Below are positions 1 through 8,990 of a DNA stretch of 64,000 nt, piece by piece. The stretch is from Bacteroidales bacterium. Its GTDB lineage: Bacteria > Bacteroidota > Bacteroidia > Bacteroidales > UBA3663. The number at the start of each line of letters is the position of its first letter. Within the stretch, counting starts at the first letter, position 1. Location: assembly GCA_045576355.1 (NCBI GenBank), contig JAZNGG010000038.1:35232-99231 (forward strand). The letters are read 5' to 3'. The notes beneath the pieces are model-generated. The model was given only the letters and a program-made list of their open reading frames with translations. It was not told the origin of the DNA and searched no databases. Position numbers and translations under genes: made by a program.

Positions 1-239
1 GGTTGCCTTAGATCTCCTATAGAAGTACTTTCTAAATCTTGTGGTAGAGTAGGAATTGTCTTTGAAACAGGGAAACGGCTTTTTTCGATGCTGTCTTTGG
101 GAGAATTATTTTGTTCGGTTGTAACATATACATCTTGATTACTTTTTAAAGGATACGCGCAAAGATCTCCGGAAAATAATCCGGAAATCAAGATCAATAA
201 TATAAATATGTATATGTTAGTCTGTTTCAACTGATGCAT
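1..239 (-). CDS. partial CDS (N-terminal end only, continues past window start): secreted protein with signal peptide
   Basis: Reverse-strand ATG at 239-237 opens a frame that runs to position 1: MHQLKQTNIYIFILLILISGLFSGDLCAYPLKSNQDVYVTTEQNNSPKDSIEKSRFPVSKTIP... A hydrophobic signal-like segment is present. It is missing from the ORF track because it is truncated. Product not determinable; any SprA/Sov-like resemblance is only a vague impression. Confidence 0.45.
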   Translation of the reverse strand, partial: MHQLKQTNIYIFILLILISGLFSGDLCAYPLKSNQDVYVTTEQNNSPKDSIEKSRFPVSKTIPTLPQDLESTSIGDLRQ

Positions 240-448
240 TCTAAAAAATGTGCTTTTATTTAAACGATAAGGCTTGTTGTTTATTGTGACTTATTGGAAA
301 AAAGAGAGAAATCTCCTTTTTGTGCACCTATTTCTGTCGTTTTTCTTAAGTTTTCGTAAATGAAAATATAACTTTCTTTTTAGAATGCTATAAAATTGAA
401 AGTTTTTGTCTAAATTTGTGGCGTTGAATGTAGATAAATCATATTCTA

Positions 449-709
449 ATGGATCATAAAGAATTTGTTAGTAGAGTACAGCAGAGATCAGGATTAGATA
501 AGCAACAATGTGCCATGTTGCTTAACTGTTTCGAACGCATTCTTCAAGATGAGGCTCTAAATATGGTCGATGTAGAGATAGACAATTTTGGTAAATTTGA
601 ATCTCATAAACACCCTGAATACATTCAAGAGAATAATGAAACAGGAGAAGTTGTGCTTTATCCTCCTCGCATAACTTGTAGGTTTCGTTCTTATTTCAAA
701 TTAGATTAA
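449..709 (+). CDS. HU/IHF-like DNA-binding protein (HU fold)
   Basis: 86 aa. The layout is HU-like: N-terminal helices (FVSRVQQRSGLDKQQCAMLLNCFERIL), then NFGKF and a beta-arm containing ETGE. Confidence 0.7.
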   Translation: MDHKEFVSRVQQRSGLDKQQCAMLLNCFERILQDEALNMVDVEIDNFGKFESHKHPEYIQENNETGEVVLYPPRITCRFRSYFKLD

Positions 710-724
710 AGAGAGAGGTAATAT

Positions 725-1966
725 ATGTCAAAAAAAATCATTGACAAGGAGCTACTTTGTTCACTACTTTCCACCTATGCCAAAGTAAATCCGGAGGTGG
801 CAAAGGCTTTTATTGATTCGATGTCAATGGTAATCAAACAAGCTCTTCAGGATAATGATGAAGTTCGTATTTCTGGTTTAGGTCTCTTTAAAACCATTAT
901 TACACAACAAGGAGGAAGACGAGTTGCATTTACTCCAGACGAAAAATTACGAACTCATATTAATGCCCCCTTTTCTTGTTTTGAACCTATCGTTATCGGG
1001 ATGATGGATAAACAAGAAAATCAAAATTTTGTCCCAATAGATGAAAATTTTTCTGTCAAGGATACATCTGAAAATGTCTCATCTTCAGAAGAAGAGACTT
1101 GTAATGAAAAAGAAAATATTGAAAGAGTATTATCTGGTGATATAGAGTCCGATAATAAAACTACAGATCCCTTTGGCATTATATCTGAAAATATAGTATT
1201 GACCGAATTAGCCGATAAGGAAGTTTCTGACCTTACGCAGGAGAAATATCCTGACTCTTTGCTGCCAACAGAAGAAAACAAAGCTACTGATATCTCCCCA
1301 AAAACTAAAAGGAGTAAATATATTTGGATGTGGATGGCTTTTATTTTCATCTTTATTGTGGGTTTTTATTGGTTTATGAATAATACTTATGAGATAAAGA
1401 CTGATATTCTGACGGATGAACAATCTTATTCACTCTCAAAGGAAATTCCTGATTCGACTTTATCCTCACATTCTCCTATAGTATATGATTCAATTAACTC
1501 TTTAGCTGTCGTAAAAGAGGATGTCGTTTTTGAAGAATCTGCTTCAGAAACAATATATACATCATCGACAGAATCGTCTTTTCCAAAACTTGATAAGAAT
1601 AAAGACAATGACGGAAGAGTTGAGAATTTAGATGTTAAAAGCACTCCCTCTTCGACAAAGAAAAAGGTAAATGAGGATATTTTAGATAAGATGATAAAGA
1701 GAAGAGAAGATGGAGAGCGTGTATTTGTGCAATTGGGCGAAGGTGAACGTTTGACGTTAATTGCTCTTAGGGAGTATGGGGACAAAGCTTTTTGGTGTTA
1801 TATTTTTGAAGTAAATCGCGATCATCTAAAGTCTCCCGGACATGTGACTGTAGGGGTTAAATTATATTTGCCGGATGAGCAATATTGGCAAATAGATTCG
1901 ACGGATGAAAACTCTTTGAGAAAAGCACGTCAGCATTGTGCAAATATTTTAAAAGAATTTGAATAA
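725..1966 (+). CDS. HU-domain protein with acidic/Ser-rich linker, one TM helix and a C-terminal LysM-like domain
   Basis: N-terminus is HU-like (ISGLGLFKTIITQQGGRRVAFTPDEKLRTHINAPF). TM segment YIWMWMAFIFIFIVGFYWF. C-terminus VFVQLGEGERLTLIALREYGDKAFWCYIFEVNRDHLKSPGHVTVGVKLYLPD resembles LysM. Starts 15 nt after the previous HU-like ORF. Confidence 0.7.
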   Translation: MSKKIIDKELLCSLLSTYAKVNPEVAKAFIDSMSMVIKQALQDNDEVRISGLGLFKTIITQQGGRRVAFTPDEKLRTHINAPFSCFEPIVIGMMDKQENQNFVPIDENFSVKDTSENVSSSEEETCNEKENIERVLSGDIESDNKTTDPFGIISENIVLTELADKEVSDLTQEKYPDSLLPTEENKATDISPKTKRSKYIWMWMAFIFIFIVGFYWFMNNTYEIKTDILTDEQSYSLSKEIPDSTLSSHSPIVYDSINSLAVVKEDVVFEESASETIYTSSTESSFPKLDKNKDNDGRVENLDVKSTPSSTKKKVNEDILDKMIKRREDGERVFVQLGEGERLTLIALREYGDKAFWCYIFEVNRDHLKSPGHVTVGVKLYLPDEQYWQIDSTDENSLRKARQHCANILKEFE

Positions 1967-1983
1967 TAGTTAGTAATAAAGAT

Positions 1984-2541
1984 ATGATGACTACAAATCA
2001 ACAATTGAAAGAAGTTACGACCATTTGTCGTGATATTTTTGTAAAGAAAACCCAAGACTATGGGGCATCTTGGCGTATAATGCGTCCTGAATCAATTACT
2101 GATCAGATATATATAAAAGCCAATCGTATTCGCACTTTACAAACAAGAGGTGCTGCTAAAGTTCAAGAAGGTATTTTCCCGGAGTTTATAGGGATTGTCA
2201 ATTATGGAATAATGGGCTTGATACAATTGGAACAAGGCTATTCTGATGGTATTGATATGGATGCAGATCGTGTAATTACTCTTTATGATGAATATATCCA
2301 AAAAACTTTGACCCTTTTGGAAGCAAAAAATCATGACTATGATGAAGCTTGGAGATTGATGAGGGTGAGTTCTTATGTAGATCTTATTTTGATGAAAATC
2401 AATAGAACCAAGCAGATTGAGAACCATCATGGTGAAACGTTGATTTCTGAAGGAATTGATGCTAACTATATGGATATGATTAATTATTCTCTATTTGGTC
2501 TGATCAAATTGCATTTTGAAAATGAAGAATCCTCGCTTTAA
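1984..2541 (+). CDS. DUF1599 domain-containing protein
   Basis: 185 aa. CRDIFVKKTQDYGASWRIMRPESITDQIYIKANRIRTLQ matches my memory of the DUF1599 family, and the motif recurs in the second half. Sits in the usual Bacteroidetes neighbourhood with a DoxX-like gene and tpiA. Confidence 0.75.
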   Translation: MMTTNQQLKEVTTICRDIFVKKTQDYGASWRIMRPESITDQIYIKANRIRTLQTRGAAKVQEGIFPEFIGIVNYGIMGLIQLEQGYSDGIDMDADRVITLYDEYIQKTLTLLEAKNHDYDEAWRLMRVSSYVDLILMKINRTKQIENHHGETLISEGIDANYMDMINYSLFGLIKLHFENEESSL

Positions 2542-3895
2542 TTGGCTGATTCTTATTCATCTCTTTCGTTGGATTTTAGGAGGTGTATTTCTGTTTTCGG
2601 GATTGGTAAAATGTATCGATCCTATGGGAACATCTTTAAAATTGACTGAGTATTTTCAAGTTTTTGGTTGGTCTTGGCTTTTAGGTTGGACTATGGGACT
2701 TTCGGTCCTTATGAGTCTAATAGAATTTTGGATAGGTCTTAATTTGGTGTTGTGGCGAAATATCAAGACTACACTTATTTTATGTGGTGTATTCTTGGGA
2801 ATATTCACACCATTGACATTATATTTAGCTATTGCCAATCCAATATCTGATTGTGGATGTTTTGGAAGTGCAGTAGTACTAAGTAATTGGGAAACATTTG
2901 GAAAAAATGTTTTTTTGCTTATTTGCTACTTTATAATTGTTTGGAAGCGTTCATCTCTTATTCCTCCTTTTGCGAAAAGGTTAAGTTCTGTATCTCATAC
3001 ATTATATTCCTATTATTCACTTTTTCTTTGTGCACTGATTTGCTGGGTAGGAATATATAGGTTACCTATATTGGATTTCCGTCCTTTTAAGTCCGGTATC
3101 AATATCAATGAGGCAATGGGAAATATTTCGGATGTGGATGTGCCATCAGAGGAGTATCGCGTTGTGTACGAAAAAGATGGTATTCGCAAATCATTTCCTC
3201 TGGATGCTATCCCTGAAGAAGACTCTGGATGGATATTTGTTGAACAAGAAATTCTTCCGTTAGAGCATGCCGAATCACAGAAACAAACATCCATAAAAGA
3301 CTTTTTTGTTGTAGATGGATTTGGTCAAGATGTGACTACAGATATTTTGACAGATACAACCTTTCAGTTTATCCTCCTTTCTCCCTCGCTTAAAACAGCT
3401 TCCGAACATGATATAGATAAGATTGAAGCTACCTATGAATATGCTTTGGAATATGGTTATAAGTTTTATGCCCTTACCATCAATGATACAGCTCAAATCA
3501 ATTATTGGGTTTATCGCACAGGGGCTGAATATCCCATGTTATTTACAGATGCCACAATCGTAGAAACGATAATACGGGCTAATCCTGGTTTGATGTTGAT
3601 GAAAGACGGTATAATTTATTGGAAAAAGTCTTTAGCACAATTGGACGTATTATCTCTGACATCTGACAACTTGAATAATCAGACTTATGGCCAAATCGCT
3701 ATAATTAATGTCAAAAAAAGAATTTCCTATCTTATTCTTTTGTTTTTTATCCCACTTTTTGTACTTTTGTATTTCGGGAAGCGTAAAACCCAATTTAATA
3801 ATAATATAAAGAAAAATGAGAAAGAAAATTGTTGCGGGCAACTGGAAGATGAACACAACTTTTCAGGAAGGTCTTGCCCTCGCGAAGGAGCTTGA
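2516..3895 (+). CDS. DoxX-like / BT_3928-family integral membrane protein with extracytoplasmic C-terminal domain
   Basis: N-terminus [21 protein letters not shown] plus several TM helices, a soluble middle domain and a final TM. The frame stays open 80 nt into tpiA. The start overlaps the DUF1599 ORF by 26 nt (alternative ATG at 2522). Confidence 0.7.
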   Translation: MKMKNPRFNWLILIHLFRWILGGVFLFSGLVKCIDPMGTSLKLTEYFQVFGWSWLLGWTMGLSVLMSLIEFWIGLNLVLWRNIKTTLILCGVFLGIFTPLTLYLAIANPISDCGCFGSAVVLSNWETFGKNVFLLICYFIIVWKRSSLIPPFAKRLSSVSHTLYSYYSLFLCALICWVGIYRLPILDFRPFKSGININEAMGNISDVDVPSEEYRVVYEKDGIRKSFPLDAIPEEDSGWIFVEQEILPLEHAESQKQTSIKDFFVVDGFGQDVTTDILTDTTFQFILLSPSLKTASEHDIDKIEATYEYALEYGYKFYALTINDTAQINYWVYRTGAEYPMLFTDATIVETIIRANPGLMLMKDGIIYWKKSLAQLDVLSLTSDNLNNQTYGQIAIINVKKRISYLILLFFIPLFVLLYFGKRKTQFNNNIKKNEKENCCGQLEDEHNFSGRSCPREGA

Positions 3896-4571
3896 TGCTG
3901 CTCTTAAGGGAAAAACAGTAAATTGTGATGTGGTTATTTGTACACCTTACATTTCTATTGCTTCAATTTGTGCTGCTATCGATACAGAGAAAATTGGAGT
4001 AGGTGCAGAAAATTGTGCTGATCATACGTCAGGCGCATATACTGGAGAAGTATCTGCAGAGATGGTTGCTTCTACTGGTGCAAAATATGTGATTTTAGGT
4101 CATTCAGAAAGACGTCAGTATTATGGCGAGACTAGTGAAATTTTGACAACAAAAGTAAATCTTGCTTTAGCCGCCGGTTTGACTCCGATTTTCTGTGTAG
4201 GAGAGGTAAAAGAAGAGCGTGAGAATGGCACCTATAAAGAGGTTATTGAGGAGCAGATGAAAGCTGTTTATGGCCTTTCCGCAGAGGATTTTTCAAAGGT
4301 TGTCATTGCTTATGAGCCGGTATGGGCTATTGGAACCGGATTGACTGCAACTTCTGATCAAGCAGAGGAAGTACATGCTAATATCCGTAAGAGCATTGAG
4401 TCTGTATATGGGGCAGAGGTAGCAGATAATACTTCTATTCTCTATGGTGGTAGCTGCAAGGGAAGCAATGCTCCCGAACTTTTTGCTCAGCCAAATATTG
4501 ATGGTGGACTTATCGGTGGTGCAGCTTTGAAAGTGGACACTTTCATGCCGATTATTGAAGCTTGGAAATAA
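3816..4571 (+). CDS. tpiA: triosephosphate isomerase
   Basis: Motifs AGNWKMN, GHSERR and [11 protein letters not shown]; 251 aa. Confidence 0.95.
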   Translation: MRKKIVAGNWKMNTTFQEGLALAKELDAALKGKTVNCDVVICTPYISIASICAAIDTEKIGVGAENCADHTSGAYTGEVSAEMVASTGAKYVILGHSERRQYYGETSEILTTKVNLALAAGLTPIFCVGEVKEERENGTYKEVIEEQMKAVYGLSAEDFSKVVIAYEPVWAIGTGLTATSDQAEEVHANIRKSIESVYGAEVADNTSILYGGSCKGSNAPELFAQPNIDGGLIGGAALKVDTFMPIIEAWK

Positions 4572-4587
4572 TCATTTAATTATATTC

Positions 4588-4641
4588 AGATGATGAAAAG
4601 AGTGAATTGATGCATCTCTTTTCATCATCTGTTTGTTTTTT
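4588..4641 (+). terminator. intrinsic terminator after tpiA
   Basis: Perfect 15-bp stem agatgatgaaaagag (4588-4602) / ctcttttcatcatct (4616-4630), followed by gtttgtttttt. Confidence 0.8.
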
Positions 4642-4674
4642 ATATTAAAAATTCTATTTCTTTTGGTAGATTTT

Positions 4675-5190
4675 ATGAAAATTCTCTGTCTGAAAGTATG
4701 GTTGTTATTAGGATGTGCTTTATCTGCTACCATGACTATAAAGGCACAATCTGATGGTTTGGATACTCTCTCTGAGCAGAGTAAAACAGTAGATATTTGT
4801 GATTATTTATCAACTACTAAACGAGTGTCTATCAAACAAGACCCTCGTTTTGAAAACCTTTTATCTCCCAAAAGTGTTATGAATATCCAGGAGCGAACAG
4901 CCCCCGACGGGTTTGTTTTTGCATCAGGATTCCGCATTCGCGTTTTCTCGGGCAATAACCAGATAGAATCTAAAAACCGAGCATACTCTTTATCTAAAGA
5001 GATATCTAAAGAATTTCCGGATCTCAATACTTATGTTTTCTTTAAGACTCCGAATTGGCGTCTTATGGCCGGGAATTTCCGAACGATGGAGGAGGCCCAT
5101 ACTATGCTAACTAATCTTAAGAAAAAATTTCCTAAGTATGGGAGGGAAATGTTTATCGTTCGTGATGAGATTGAACTCCCCATCAAATGA
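4675..5190 (+). CDS. SPOR domain-containing protein
   Basis: Start moved to ATG 4675 (MKILCLKVWLLLGCALSA signal peptide). C-terminal SPOR-like repeat GFRIRVFSGNN...WRLMAGNFRTMEEAHTMLTNLKKKFP. Confidence 0.8.
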   Translation: MKILCLKVWLLLGCALSATMTIKAQSDGLDTLSEQSKTVDICDYLSTTKRVSIKQDPRFENLLSPKSVMNIQERTAPDGFVFASGFRIRVFSGNNQIESKNRAYSLSKEISKEFPDLNTYVFFKTPNWRLMAGNFRTMEEAHTMLTNLKKKFPKYGREMFIVRDEIELPIK

Positions 5191-5258
5191 TTATGCCATA
5201 GTAGATAGGAGACAAAAGTTTTGAATATATGTTTTTTTAATCAAGGAGGGTATTTGTT

Positions 5259-5822
5259 ATGGATGAAGAAATAATTTCTCAGGTAGCTCATCATAACCGA
5301 GCAATATTAGAATTGATCGGGGAGAATCCAGATAGAGAAGGATTGCAAAAAACACCATTGCGTGTTGCCAAGTCGATTGAATTTTTGACTCATGGGTATC
5401 ATGAAGATCCGGTTTCAGTCCTTCGAGGTGCTATGTTTAGAGAGGATTATAGGCAAATGGTTATTGTTAAGGATATAGATTTTTATTCTTTATGTGAGCA
5501 TCATGTTTTACCTTTTTTCGGCAAAGTGCATGTAGCTTATATTCCTAATAAATATATTGTTGGATTAAGCAAAATACCACGTGTTGTCGAAATTTTTGCT
5601 CGTCGTCTTCAAGTTCAAGAACGCTTAACAACACAGATTAAAGATTGTATACAGCAGACCCTAAACCCTTTGGGAGTAATGGTCGTGATTGAGGCATCTC
5701 ATTTATGTATGCAAATGCGTGGAATACAAAAAATGAATGCGACCACTACTACAAGTGACTTCACCGGTGCTTTTACTGATATAAAAACTCGCGAAGAGTT
5801 CTTGAATTTAATTAGCAAGTAA
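5259..5822 (+). CDS. folE: GTP cyclohydrolase I
   Basis: [18 protein letters not shown] and QVQERLT motifs; 187 aa. Confidence 0.95.
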   Translation: MDEEIISQVAHHNRAILELIGENPDREGLQKTPLRVAKSIEFLTHGYHEDPVSVLRGAMFREDYRQMVIVKDIDFYSLCEHHVLPFFGKVHVAYIPNKYIVGLSKIPRVVEIFARRLQVQERLTTQIKDCIQQTLNPLGVMVVIEASHLCMQMRGIQKMNATTTTSDFTGAFTDIKTREEFLNLISK

Positions 5823-5885
5823 TAGAATTGTTGATGATCGATAAAGCAGATTTATCTTTCATAGAATATAACCTATAGCTGTGCC

Positions 5886-6296
5886 ATGAGACTTCTTTTG
5901 TCGTTAGGTAGCAATTTGCCACATCCAAAAGCTGAAGAAATTCTTTATGCAGTCAGAGAGGAAATGGCATTCTGTTGGTCTTCGGAAATTTTTTCGAGTA
6001 TTTATCGTACTCCGGCCATTGGAGAAAAAGAGGGATTTTATTATAATTGTGTAGCATCAGTTGTTACCTCTCATTCTGTTTCTGAAGTTCAGAAACTATT
6101 GAAGAATATAGAACTTCTATATGGCCGTAATGAAGAGTGTCGAAAAAAGGGAATTGTGCCCGTAGATATTGATATAGTTTGTTGTGATACAGAAGTGTTT
6201 CGTTTAAAAGATTTAAATAGCTCTTATGTACAAATAGGATTGAAGGAATTACTCAATTCTGGAATATGCATTTGGGAGGATTATTTAATCAATTAG
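5886..6296 (+). CDS. divergent HPPK-like protein (6-hydroxymethyldihydropterin pyrophosphokinase fold)
   Basis: LSLGSNL...SSIYRTPAIG...YYNCVASV...LLKNIELLYGR...VPVDIDIV follows the FolK pattern. It is short (136 aa) and lacks the usual GPRTLDLDIL arginine and the C-terminal motifs. Confidence 0.5.
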   Translation: MRLLLSLGSNLPHPKAEEILYAVREEMAFCWSSEIFSSIYRTPAIGEKEGFYYNCVASVVTSHSVSEVQKLLKNIELLYGRNEECRKKGIVPVDIDIVCCDTEVFRLKDLNSSYVQIGLKELLNSGICIWEDYLIN

Positions 6297-6509
6297 TTGC
6301 TACAATTGTTGCAATTTTAGAATTATCTTTAATAGAAGTTTGAAGATTGAAAATATAATACTATTTTTGTCAAACGCTTTTGTTGCTTAAAGAAAAGCGG
6401 ATTCTATTTTTTTTTAAGTTAAGAATAGGGTAATTATAAAAGTGTTACAATAAAGGAAAAGCAACTCTTAGAACACGATAATGATATATTTATTTTATAC
6501 TATAATTAT

Positions 6510-8240
6510 ATGAAAAGAATTTTACTTCTTATTTTAGCAGTCTTGTCTCTGATGTCTGTTTATGCAGATAGCGAGAAAGTTCCAGCGTTCCCTGGCGCAG
6601 AAGGTTTTGGCCGATATACGACCGGAGGTCGGGGAGGCAAGGTTTATCATGTAACAACTTTAGAGGATAATGCCAATTCTCCCAAACCTGGAATGTTGCG
6701 TTATGCTATAAATCAAAAGGGAGCACGTACCATAGTCTTTGATGTGGCTGGGACAATTCATTTGAAAAATACGCTTAATATTAAAAACGGAGACATTACC
6801 ATTGCAGGCCAAAGTGCTCCGGGCGATGGGGTATGTGTTGCCGGTTGGCCTGTTCAAATTCGTGCAAATAATGTTATAATACGTTATTTACGTTTCCGCT
6901 TAGGCAATGATAATGTATCCGGACATGAAGGTGATGGCTTGGGGTCTATGGATTGTAATAATATTATTATTGATCATTGCAGTATCAGTTGGAGTGTTGA
7001 TGAATGTTGCTCTTTGTATGGTGGTAAGAATATAACTGTTCAGTGGTGTATCATCTCTCAATCAATGCGTAATGCGGGGCATTCTAAAGGGGTCCATGGT
7101 TATGGAGGTAATTGGGGTGGATCTGGTTGCTCATATTTATATAACCTTCTTTGCCATCATGAAAGTCGTACTCCTCGTTTAGGCCCTCGTCCGGGGACTC
7201 AATGCGATGAACGCTTGGATATGCGTAATAATGTCATTTATAACTGGGCAGGTAATGGATGTTATGGTGGAGAAGGAATGAATGTAAATATTGTAAATAA
7301 TTACTATAAACCCGGTCCGGCAACAGCAAAACGATCTACCTCGATTCAGAAAAGAATTGCTTCTCCGGGAATTCGAACTACCAGTTATTGTAAAAATAGC
7401 GATGGATCTTGGAACTCATGGTATGCAATGTGGCATGTTTGGGGTGATTATTATGTGGATGGCAATGTTAATCCGAAATATAGTGATGTGACTTCTGACA
7501 ATTGGACATATGGTGTTTATAATCAGATCGATAATTCTAAAGTTGATTATACATATACTCAGACTACTAAGGATACACTTCGTGCTACTGCTCCATTAAA
7601 ATTTCCCTCAACAACTACTTTTACAGCTGAGGTTGCTTATGAAAAAGTTTTGGATTATGCTGGATGTGTTAAGTTGCGTAGCGGTAAACTTGTTCGTGAC
7701 TGGTTGGATAGTATCATGGTAAGTGATACCCGAAAGGGAATTGCTACTTATGGCAATAGCAATAATTTGCCTGGTATTATTGATGACCAAAACGATATGA
7801 TCGATAGTAAACATTCAGATCCATGGCCTAATTTGACTGCGACCGAAAATGAAATTTCCAAATTATCGGATTCTGATGGAGACGGAATCCCGGACTTTTA
7901 TGCAGATGCCTGGGGACTCCAAAAAAGCGGTAGCGAATATGAGATATCGTCTCAATATACTAATCTTGAGTATTATTTATATAAGATTATTGAGGCAAAG
8001 ATTACAAATCCTGCTGTTTCTGGAGGAGAATTATTGGGAAATGAGGTCGGTAGATATGTTATGACCGAAACTTCGTTTGATCGTTTTATCGGAGATAATG
8101 ATACATGTGGAGATAACTTGGTTGATGTGTATGATCTATGTGGAGTTAAAGTTCTTTCCAATGTGGATCAGGATGAAGCTATACGTATGCTTCCCAAAGG
8201 ATTATATCTTATAGGTCAACGCAAAATCACGATCAAATAA
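6510..8240 (+). CDS. pectate lyase (PL1-like) with T9SS C-terminal sorting domain
   Basis: Signal peptide. AFPGAEGFGRYTTGGRGGKVYHVTTL, ITIAGQSAPGDGV and IIIDHCSISWSVDE match the right-handed beta-helix pectate lyase pattern. DSDGDGIPD is a Ca-binding-like motif. C-terminus ...MLPKGLYLIGQRKITIK is typical of a T9SS CTD. Confidence 0.85.
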   Translation: MKRILLLILAVLSLMSVYADSEKVPAFPGAEGFGRYTTGGRGGKVYHVTTLEDNANSPKPGMLRYAINQKGARTIVFDVAGTIHLKNTLNIKNGDITIAGQSAPGDGVCVAGWPVQIRANNVIIRYLRFRLGNDNVSGHEGDGLGSMDCNNIIIDHCSISWSVDECCSLYGGKNITVQWCIISQSMRNAGHSKGVHGYGGNWGGSGCSYLYNLLCHHESRTPRLGPRPGTQCDERLDMRNNVIYNWAGNGCYGGEGMNVNIVNNYYKPGPATAKRSTSIQKRIASPGIRTTSYCKNSDGSWNSWYAMWHVWGDYYVDGNVNPKYSDVTSDNWTYGVYNQIDNSKVDYTYTQTTKDTLRATAPLKFPSTTTFTAEVAYEKVLDYAGCVKLRSGKLVRDWLDSIMVSDTRKGIATYGNSNNLPGIIDDQNDMIDSKHSDPWPNLTATENEISKLSDSDGDGIPDFYADAWGLQKSGSEYEISSQYTNLEYYLYKIIEAKITNPAVSGGELLGNEVGRYVMTETSFDRFIGDNDTCGDNLVDVYDLCGVKVLSNVDQDEAIRMLPKGLYLIGQRKITIK

Positions 8241-8255
8241 GATCAAGGGATAACC

Positions 8256-8438
8256 ATGAAACGAATCAAAAGTAGTAAAAAACGAATCACCATCGACGAC
8301 TATATTAAAGCTGCTAAACGAGGAAATCGGGAGGCAGAACAAGACTTGATGGGGCCAGGCTTTCATGCTATGCATTTTGTGCATCGTTCTCGAAAGACAT
8401 ATACACGCAAGAAGAAACATAAAGGTTTGGATGAATGA
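8256..8438 (+). CDS. hypothetical small basic protein (60 aa)
   Basis: ATG 15 nt after the pectate lyase stop. Lys/Arg-rich, with no recognisable motif. It lies upstream of the terminator at 8585. Confidence 0.3.
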   Translation: MKRIKSSKKRITIDDYIKAAKRGNREAEQDLMGPGFHAMHFVHRSRKTYTRKKKHKGLDE

Positions 8439-8584
8439 TGTGAAATTTTTACCCCATTCGGTTTTAAGATTTTGTATGTTTGTCTTATTATAAGTGATTT
8501 GTCGGTCTATAAACAAACTCTGATATAGTTTTTCGCACACAGAGAAATCACATTAGTTCACCTCTCTCCATTGGTTAACCCTCG

Positions 8585-8619
8585 CAAAGGTAGGAATTAT
8601 TTCCTGCCTTTGTTTTTTA
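8585..8619 (+). terminator. intrinsic terminator
   Basis: Stem caaaggtagga (8585-8595) / tcctgcctttg (8602-8612) with one G-U pair, followed by tttttta. Confidence 0.7.
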
Positions 8620-8807
8620 TTTCAAGTCTAAAGAAAATTCACAGAATCTGCGAAGTTCATGACCTAAGTGAATAATTGCACAGAACGCACATGCTCCGCA
8701 GTGCTTTCCATCCGGATGGTAAACGCAAGCGATAGCGTGCGTTATTCTGTGAATTACTGTATGCAAAAATACTATGGCAGAGGCTAAGTCAGATAATAAC
8801 GGTGACT

Positions 8808-8908
8808 AGGTTGTTTTAGGGGTTGAGGAGTTTAGGGGTTACTCCCTTTAGTCGTGGGCTTCGCGTGTTGAGGAGTTTAAAGGTTGAGGAAATAAACGGC
8901 TCAACCAA
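8808..8908. repeat. G-rich short repeat cluster (GTTGAGGAGTTTA x2, GGGCTTCGCG); related copy at 49321-49363
   Basis: ttgaggagttta occurs at 8823-8834 and 8868-8879, and ggttgagg again at 8883. gggcttcgcg is at 8856-8865. The last copy forms the hairpin ggttgag...ctcaacc. Confidence 0.6.
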
Positions 8909-8929
8909 GCATAAAAGAGACATATTCAT

Positions 8930-8967
8930 ATATAAAAATGAGGTTGTGCCTGAATGACACAACCTCA
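8930..8967 (-). terminator. intrinsic terminator of tonB-like gene
   Basis: 10-bp perfect stem tgaggttgtg (8939-8948) / cacaacctca (8958-8967). On the minus strand it is followed by tttttatat. Confidence 0.75.
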
Positions 8968-8990
8968 CTAAAGTTTTTGCCAAAAGTATA

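Noticed and set aside
8202-8540. 112-aa minus-strand ORF overlapping the end of the pectate lyase gene and the small basic ORF
   Set aside because: It overlaps the 3' end of a well-supported gene. The product is hydrophobic and low-complexity with no motif or sensible start context.
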